Positions 26,488 to 32,000 of a stretch of 32,000 bases of DNA are shown one piece after another (position 1 is the stretch's first letter; every line of letters starts with the position of its first letter). Made by a program: the position numbers and the translations under genes. The notes beneath the pieces were generated by a model. That model was not told the DNA's origin. It searched no databases and saw nothing but the letters and a program-made list of their open reading frames with translations. This DNA comes from Nostoc sp. PCC 7120 = FACHB-418. Its GTDB lineage: Bacteria; Cyanobacteriota; Cyanobacteriia; Cyanobacteriales; Nostocaceae. The stretch is from the NCBI RefSeq assembly GCF_000009705.1, contig NC_003272.1:3870001-3902000 (forward strand). The letters are read 5' to 3'.

Positions 26488-28192
26488 TTATGTTATTATT
26501 TTTACTAGTAAGCAACGCACTTCCATCTGTTGGCGCACCTTGGTAATTATCATTATATATATCTTCGCACCATTCCCATACATTACCACACATATCGTAT
26601 AAACCGAAAGAGTTCGGCGGAAATATTCCTACATTGGTTGTTTCTCCACGATATTTACCTTTGGGTGCAGCACCGTAGGGAAATTCACCGTTGTAGTTAA
26701 CTAAATCTGTGGTGATGGTTTCGCCAAAATAAAAGGGCGTGGTTGTCCCCGCACGACAAGCATATTCCCATTCTGCCTCGCTGGGTAATCGGTAGGTTCT
26801 TCCTGTCTTCTGGCTCAATTTCTGACAAAACTCTACCGCATCATTCCAACTCACTTGTTCTACAGGTCTTTTCTCACCTTTGAAGTAGGAAGGATTATTT
26901 TTATTGCCTATAATCTTTTGAAGAATGTTGCCACCCATAACTGCTTGATACTGTGCTTGGGTAACTGCATATTTCCCCATGAAGAAGCCGGGAACTGTCA
27001 CCTGACGCTGGGGACTTTCCCTATCAAATCTTTCCGCCTCGCTTTCCGGTGAACCCATTGTAAATGTTCCCCCTGGTATCTGCACCATTTCCAAGGTGAC
27101 ACCATTCCCTAAGTCTTCTGCAAAATATTTTGCTGTCCGGTTTTGGCGGTTGGTGATTTTCCCTTGTGCGTTTACCGTCACCACTTCAAATGAAAAGGTC
27201 TCTAAGAGATTTTTTTCAGGTGTAGATACTCCCTTAGGAGGATCATCAGTTTGTCCTTCTTGTTTTACTAGGGTTTTACCACGCAAAAGGACAATTCTCT
27301 TAATTGCCTCGATTGCTTTCGTAGTCTGCGTTGAATCAGCAGTTAAAACCCGCATCCATAATTGTTCTGCCAAATCCCAATTTCTGTTTACTTCTGCTTC
27401 GTAAGCATCTTCTCTAAGGGTAGCAATATCGGCTGGGGTTGCATATCGAGGTACAAGTATTAAATGAGATTTAGTTACAGGCTCGGCAATAATATAAGGT
27501 GTTTGTTTGCCTTTACTGTGGGAGCTAACAATTTCCGAGACACGACGTTGTAGATACTGATTCAAGCTTGCAGCTGTGGTGTATCCATCTCGAAACCCTT
27601 CTAATAATGCAGTAGTAAAAGCACCTTGTTGTAATGCTTCAATTTCATAAGAATATTCCTGCGGACTACAGGAAAAAATACTAATAACCCCTTTTTGACG
27701 TGCTTCTGCTGAGGTTTCTTGGCCAATACCAATATGACCACCTTTTATACCATCTATTTTGCCTTCATTGCGACAAGCATCTAAAATCAAGACAAGATTA
27801 TCAGCACCAGAGCAACGCAGGTTTTCAGTGACAAAGTTAATGGAAATGGCCGTATCTGCAATGTCCCTGGGATTACCATCTGAAGGCATGAGATAATCGC
27901 GTCCATTATGGCGCATCCCATGACCACTGAAGAAAAACCAAAAGTTATCACCCGCACCCATTGAGAGGCTTTCAAATAAAGTTAGTAACACTCGCCGTAA
28001 GTGAGTACGGGTAGGGCGGGTTGAGCTAACCCCAAAATTAGGGGAATCATCACTGAATAAAATAACTTGGTCAAACCCCGCCTCTTTAATGAGAAACTGC
28101 TGGATTAACTCTGCATCCCGCTTGGCATAGTTTAGCGGTTCCAGATAATCATACTGGTTAACGCCGATCGCGATCGCCCAATTTTTCGCCAT
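26360..28192 (-). CDS. caspase (peptidase C14) / FGE-sulfatase (SUMF1, C-type-lectin fold) fusion protein, DGR target
   Basis: 610 aa. The N-terminal caspase domain has FFFSGHG (His) and LILDACRNEG (Cys). The C-terminal formylglycine-generating-enzyme-type domain has MVQIPGGTFTMGS, RLPSEAEWEYACRAG, GNVWEWC and RGGSW...GFRVV. Confidence 0.85.
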   Translation of the reverse strand: MAKNWAIAIGVNQYDYLEPLNYAKRDAELIQQFLIKEAGFDQVILFSDDSPNFGVSSTRPTRTHLRRVLLTLFESLSMGAGDNFWFFFSGHGMRHNGRDYLMPSDGNPRDIADTAISINFVTENLRCSGADNLVLILDACRNEGKIDGIKGGHIGIGQETSAEARQKGVISIFSCSPQEYSYEIEALQQGAFTTALLEGFRDGYTTAASLNQYLQRRVSEIVSSHSKGKQTPYIIAEPVTKSHLILVPRYATPADIATLREDAYEAEVNRNWDLAEQLWMRVLTADSTQTTKAIEAIKRIVLLRGKTLVKQEGQTDDPPKGVSTPEKNLLETFSFEVVTVNAQGKITNRQNRTAKYFAEDLGNGVTLEMVQIPGGTFTMGSPESEAERFDRESPQRQVTVPGFFMGKYAVTQAQYQAVMGGNILQKIIGNKNNPSYFKGEKRPVEQVSWNDAVEFCQKLSQKTGRTYRLPSEAEWEYACRAGTTTPFYFGETITTDLVNYNGEFPYGAAPKGKYRGETTNVGIFPPNSFGLYDMCGNVWEWCEDIYNDNYQGAPTDGSALLTSKNNNIKLVRGGSWHSHARSCRCAYRDMHARAYRLFNVGFRVVAVAIL

Positions 28193-28193
28193 C

Positions 28194-28589
28194 CTACTTT
28201 GGTTCTTGTCGCCTAAATGTCAGTTTAATTGCACCTTTACCACCAGCTTTCGCGCCGTTCCCAATTAACTTGACTTCACCTTCGCCGCTAATTTCTACTG
28301 ATAACTCAATTTCTTCTAGCTGTAACCCAGGGTTGTGATTGGCTTGCTTTTCTGCACGATTAAACAAACCCCCTACCAGTTGTAGAAAGTGTGTCATGTT
28401 TTGTTCTAAGTCTTGTGCTTTGACTGGGAAAGCATCTCCGATGATTTTAGGGCTAGGTATTGTTTTGAGTATGTCTGCTCCGAAACCGCCTGTGTTACTA
28501 TTTCCGCCTTTAGCACCAACACCGTCAGGGGTAGTTTCGGGTGCTTCGCCTGTGACTATCCAAATAATGTCTGAGGTTGTGTCTGTCAT
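28194..28589 (-). CDS. small protein resembling the Trypco1 / CU044_2847 family (peptidase-co-occurring domain)
   Basis: 131 aa. The C-terminal beta-rich motif IELSVEISGEGEVKLIGNGAKAGGKGAIKLTF is typical of that family as I recall it. Its stop lies 1 nt from the caspase ATG, indicating an operon. Confidence 0.45.
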   Translation of the reverse strand: MTDTTSDIIWIVTGEAPETTPDGVGAKGGNSNTGGFGADILKTIPSPKIIGDAFPVKAQDLEQNMTHFLQLVGGLFNRAEKQANHNPGLQLEEIELSVEISGEGEVKLIGNGAKAGGKGAIKLTFRRQEPK

Positions 28590-28718
28590 ATTGCACTGGG
28601 TTTTTTAGTATTTTCGCATAAGTATATGTATAAGGGGGACTATCTCACGCAGAGACGCAGAGGCGCGGGGAGATATAATTAATATTCAGCGCTCTTATGA
28701 TTTCGGTGAGGTAACACG

Positions 28719-29459
28719 ATGATCATCGCCGCGAAGAATCTGGCTCTACCAGATCACACTCAGCTACCAGATTCTGATGGTAATTTCGTGAAAAATTTTC
28801 AGGAACATCCGCAAAGTATTTTATTAACTGATTCGATTCTGCCACGATTAGAAGAAATTCATCCTGATGGTTATTATTGCATTGGTCAAGATTCTGGTAT
28901 CTATTGGCGGTTAACAGACCCACCAGAGAAAGGTGCAGAAGCGCCGGATTGGTTTTATGTCCCGAATGTTCCGCCAACTCTCAATGGTGAACTCCGCCGG
29001 TCTTACGTGTTTTGGCAAGAATTGATTGCACCATTGATCGTTTTAGAATTTGTTTCGGGAAATGGTGAGGAGGAACGAGATAAAACTCCTTACAAGGGAA
29101 AATTCTGGATTTACGAAAATGTGATCCGTCCTCCTTACTATGGTATCTATGAAGTTAAAAAAGCATCGGTTGAAGTTTATCAATTAGTTGGAAATCATTA
29201 CGAAAAAATACCTGCTAATTCTAGAGGACATTACCCGATTAAGCCTATGGGTGCGGAGTTGGGTATTTGGCCTGGTAAGTTTATCTTGGATACAGAGTTA
29301 CCTTGGTTGCGGTGGTGGGATGAGCAAGGTAATTTACTGTTAACGGGTGATGAACGTGCGGAAGTAGAACGCCAACGTGCGGAAACAATAGAGCAGGAAA
29401 ATGTGCGATTACGGGAACGGTTGCGCGCTTTGGGTGTTGATCCTGATACTCTGGGTTAA
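28719..29459 (+). CDS. Uma2-family (DUF820) restriction-endonuclease-like protein
   Basis: 246 aa. PDWFYV, VLEFVS and K..W.YE....PYYGIYE match the PD-(D/E)xK Uma2 pattern that is abundant in cyanobacteria. The C-terminus is a coiled coil. Confidence 0.8.
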   Translation: MIIAAKNLALPDHTQLPDSDGNFVKNFQEHPQSILLTDSILPRLEEIHPDGYYCIGQDSGIYWRLTDPPEKGAEAPDWFYVPNVPPTLNGELRRSYVFWQELIAPLIVLEFVSGNGEEERDKTPYKGKFWIYENVIRPPYYGIYEVKKASVEVYQLVGNHYEKIPANSRGHYPIKPMGAELGIWPGKFILDTELPWLRWWDEQGNLLLTGDERAEVERQRAETIEQENVRLRERLRALGVDPDTLG

Positions 29460-29576
29460 ATGATAGGCGATCGCTTTTATCAAATTGTAGGATGGATAAT
29501 GCGCGATGGTGTCCCGTCCAAAGTAGGCGATCGCTTCCATTATTTTATTATTTGTGTGTAAGTTTTAATATCGTGT

Positions 29577-29849
29577 TCAAGTCTTCCTCTTCTTCTCTTT
29601 CCATCTAAAGCAGATGAAATATTGATGATTAATCAGAATGATATGATGTCCTTCTCTGTTGCTTTTTACAGGTTCTATTTTATGGACTGGTTGCACTTTC
29701 ATATCATTCAAAGAAATTGCTGTGTTTAGTTGGTCTAGTTTTCTTTGAGTAATATTTCACAGGTTAATAGGGCAGATTTTTCGAGCTTCTTTTGAATCGC
29801 TACCATCAAAAATATCTTCAGTACCTTGGTCTTTGAAGGATACTATTAT
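29577..29849 (-). pseudogene. decayed HigB/RelE-like (killer protein) toxin gene
   Basis: Hand translation gives IIVSFKDQGTEDIFDGSDSKEARKICPINL*NITQRKLDQLNTAISLNDMKVQPVHKIEPVKSNREGHHIILINHQYFICFRWKEKKRKT*. There is an in-frame TGA at 29757-29759 and ATA where the ATG is expected. No HigA partner lies downstream. Confidence 0.55.
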
Positions 29850-30027
29850 AACTAACGCGATAGCAGAGATATTATGCTATTACCCTAAATCACCAGTATC
29901 ATATAAAGTATGAAAAATCAAGATATAAGCAATGATAGGCATTAAAAATTTACATTTAAAAGTAAGAAAAAAGTAAGAAATGGATTTTTTCTAAAAAACC
30001 GAGATTCAAATATAGTAAGGAAAAATA

Positions 30028-30843
30028 ATGGTACGACCGCGCAAGCTCTTTGCTCAACATTGGCTCAAAAGTGAGAAGGCACTCGACGCAATTGTGAAGG
30101 CGGCAGAGTGTAGTACAAATGACCGCATCCTAGAAATCGGCCCCGGTACAGGTATTCTGACTCGGCGTTTATTACCTGCGGTGCAGTCTTTAGTTGCAGT
30201 AGAAATAGACAGAGATTTATGTGAACTATTAGCTAAACAATTAGGAAAGAAAGAAAATTTTTTATTGTTACAGGGAGATTTCCTGACAATAGATTTAGCC
30301 GCAAATTTAGGATCATTTCCTAAGTTTCAAAAGCCTAATAAAGTAGTTGCTAACATTCCCTACAACATTACTGGGCCGATAATAGAAAAACTATTAGGAA
30401 CTATTTCTAATCCCAACCTCGAACCATTTGACTCCATAGTATTGTTAATACAAAAAGAAGTAGCCGAAAGGTTATATGCTAAATCTGGATCAAGAACATT
30501 TGGGGCATTATCGGTCAGGGTACAATATTTAGCTGATTGTGAATTTATCTGCGATGTCCCTGCGAGTGCATTTCATCCACCACCAAAAGTAGATTCCGCA
30601 GTTGTTAGATTGCGTCCTCGACAGATAGAAATTCCTGTTAATGACCCAAAACGACTAGAGAATTTGGTAAAGTTAGGATTCGGTGCGAAACGTAAAATGC
30701 TACGGAATAATTTGCAATCGGTGGTAGACCGCGATCGCCTGAGCCAATTGCTGGAACAATTAAATATAAACCCCCAAGCCAGAGCTGAAGACATCAGCAC
30801 TCAGCAATGGGTAAAATTAGCAAACTTGTTGGGAGTAGAGTAA
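30028..30843 (+). CDS. rsmA: 16S rRNA (adenine1518/1519-N6)-dimethyltransferase
   Basis: 271 aa. FAQHWL, the ILEIGPGTGILT SAM motif and NIPYNIT. Confidence 0.92.
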   Translation: MVRPRKLFAQHWLKSEKALDAIVKAAECSTNDRILEIGPGTGILTRRLLPAVQSLVAVEIDRDLCELLAKQLGKKENFLLLQGDFLTIDLAANLGSFPKFQKPNKVVANIPYNITGPIIEKLLGTISNPNLEPFDSIVLLIQKEVAERLYAKSGSRTFGALSVRVQYLADCEFICDVPASAFHPPPKVDSAVVRLRPRQIEIPVNDPKRLENLVKLGFGAKRKMLRNNLQSVVDRDRLSQLLEQLNINPQARAEDISTQQWVKLANLLGVE

Positions 30844-30876
30844 TTTCAGATTTTGGATTTTCGATAAAAGTCAAAT

Positions 30877-30912
30877 CCCCGTCCCCAGTCCCCAGTCCCC
30901 AATTCCCATTCC
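30877..30912. repeat. STRR1-type heptamer array (CCCCAGT and variants)
   Basis: CCCCGT CCCCAGT CCCCAGT CCCCAAT TCCCATT, immediately upstream of the ispE ATG. Confidence 0.85.
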
Positions 30913-31866
30913 ATGCGTTCCTACAAATTAATTGCTCCCGCCAAAATTAACTTGTATCTAGAAATCATCGGCGACAGACCCGATGGGTATCATGAGTTAG
31001 TGATGATATTGCAAAGTATCGACCTAGCCGACGAGATTGAAATACATTCCCTCAGCAGTGAAACTATCCACGTTCATTGCAACCACCCACAAGTTCCCAC
31101 AGACAAAAGTAATCTCGTATATCGCGCCGCCGAACTGATGGTGACAAGATTTCCTGAAGCCTTCACGAAACATGGGGGTGTAGATATTACCGTTCACAAA
31201 CATATTCCCGTAGCAGCTGGCTTGGCTGGAGGTTCAACTAACGCCGCAGCTGTGTTAGTCGGGATAGATTTACTTTGGAACTTGGGACTAACCCAAACAG
31301 AACTAGAAGAGTTAGGCTCTACTCTTGGTTCCGACGTACCATTTTGTGTGGCTGGTGGTACAGTCATCGCCACAGGTAGAGGAGAACAACTTTCCCCCTT
31401 GCCCAGTTTGGATCATATATATATAGTATTAGGCAAATATCGCAGCTTAGAAGTTTCCACCGCCTGGGCATATAAAAACTACCGTCAAGAATATGGTAGT
31501 ACTTATCTTAGAGATACCAATGACTTAGCCTCCCGCGCCGCCGCAGTTCATTCAGGTAGTATAGTTAAGGCTATTGTAGAAAAAGATGCTGTAGCGATCG
31601 CCCAAAGACTGCACAATGATTTAGAGAAAGTAGTATTACCTTCCTATCCGCAAGTTTTGCACCTCCGAGAATTGTTAGCATCTCAACCAGGTGTTATCGG
31701 AACCATGATGTCTGGTTCAGGCCCTTCAGTATTTGCTCTGTGTGAAACTCAAGCACAAGCAGAACAAGTTCAGCAGCAAGTAAGACAAACAATTCCCGAC
31801 GAAGATTTAGAATTATTTGTAACTCGCACAATTACACATGGGATTCAAGTTGTGGGTAATGGGTAA
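30913..31866 (+). CDS. ispE: 4-diphosphocytidyl-2-C-methyl-D-erythritol kinase
   Basis: 317 aa. APAKINLYL, the GHMP kinase motif [15 protein letters not shown] and GSGPSVF. Confidence 0.92.
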   Translation: MRSYKLIAPAKINLYLEIIGDRPDGYHELVMILQSIDLADEIEIHSLSSETIHVHCNHPQVPTDKSNLVYRAAELMVTRFPEAFTKHGGVDITVHKHIPVAAGLAGGSTNAAAVLVGIDLLWNLGLTQTELEELGSTLGSDVPFCVAGGTVIATGRGEQLSPLPSLDHIYIVLGKYRSLEVSTAWAYKNYRQEYGSTYLRDTNDLASRAAAVHSGSIVKAIVEKDAVAIAQRLHNDLEKVVLPSYPQVLHLRELLASQPGVIGTMMSGSGPSVFALCETQAQAEQVQQQVRQTIPDEDLELFVTRTITHGIQVVGNG

Positions 31867-31869
31867 CTT

Positions 31870-32000
31870 ATGAACAACGAAACTCAACAAACAGATACAT
31901 CAGGACAAGTTCCACCTACGCCATTACGCTGCATAACAGGAGCAGGTATTTCTGGCGGAATGGGATATGCTTTGTATTTATTAATGATATCCATCGCTAC
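31870..32000 (+). CDS. 5' part of a membrane protein gene (DUF3082-like), truncated by the window end
   Basis: The ATG at 31870 opens MNNETQQTDTSGQVPPTPLRCITGAGISGGMGYALYLLMISIA, which stays open to the window edge. Confidence 0.4.
   Translation, partial: MNNETQQTDTSGQVPPTPLRCITGAGISGGMGYALYLLMISIA

Noticed and set aside
26293-26602. ORFs 26293..26478(-) and 26420..26602(+) overlapping the VR
   Set aside because: They are off-frame or antisense to the well-supported FGE-sulfatase C-terminus (RGGSW...GFRVV).

Overview
This is a chromosomal segment of a Nostocales-type (heterocyst-forming) cyanobacterium. I counted about 30 HIP1 octamers (GCGATCGC), several STRR-like heptamer arrays, and typical cyanobacterial gene content. 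From 1 to 18.9 kb the content is mostly core: gltX, tRNA-Asp(GTC), two tandem Ser/Thr kinases, a phytase-like secreted protein, a TM0106/RecB-like nuclease, a class V aminotransferase, a mazEF-like toxin-antitoxin pair, a glycosyltransferase-like gene, yjbQ, a NIF3-family gene, an MBL-fold hydrolase and a helical carotenoid protein. From about 19.0 to 30.0 kb there is an accessory patch. It holds a ParA plus ribbon-helix-helix partition-like module with upstream palindromic iterons, a GerMN-type lipoprotein, a truncated TIGR00725/LOG-like gene fragment directly abutting an XisA/XisC-family tyrosine recombinase, a large multi-PAS histidine kinase, a Trypco1-like small protein plus caspase/FGE-sulfatase fusion operon, a Uma2 endonuclease and a decayed HigB-like toxin. 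Core genes resume with rsmA and ispE. The most interesting signal is a diversity-generating retroelement (DGR) signature. The last 129 nt of the caspase/FGE-sulfatase gene (VR) are repeated 317 nt downstream in non-coding DNA (TR). Of the 15 mismatches, 13 fall on TR adenines, almost all in AAC/AAT codons. No reverse transcriptase or Avd gene is present anywhere in the window. No rRNA, CRISPR array or transposase was seen.
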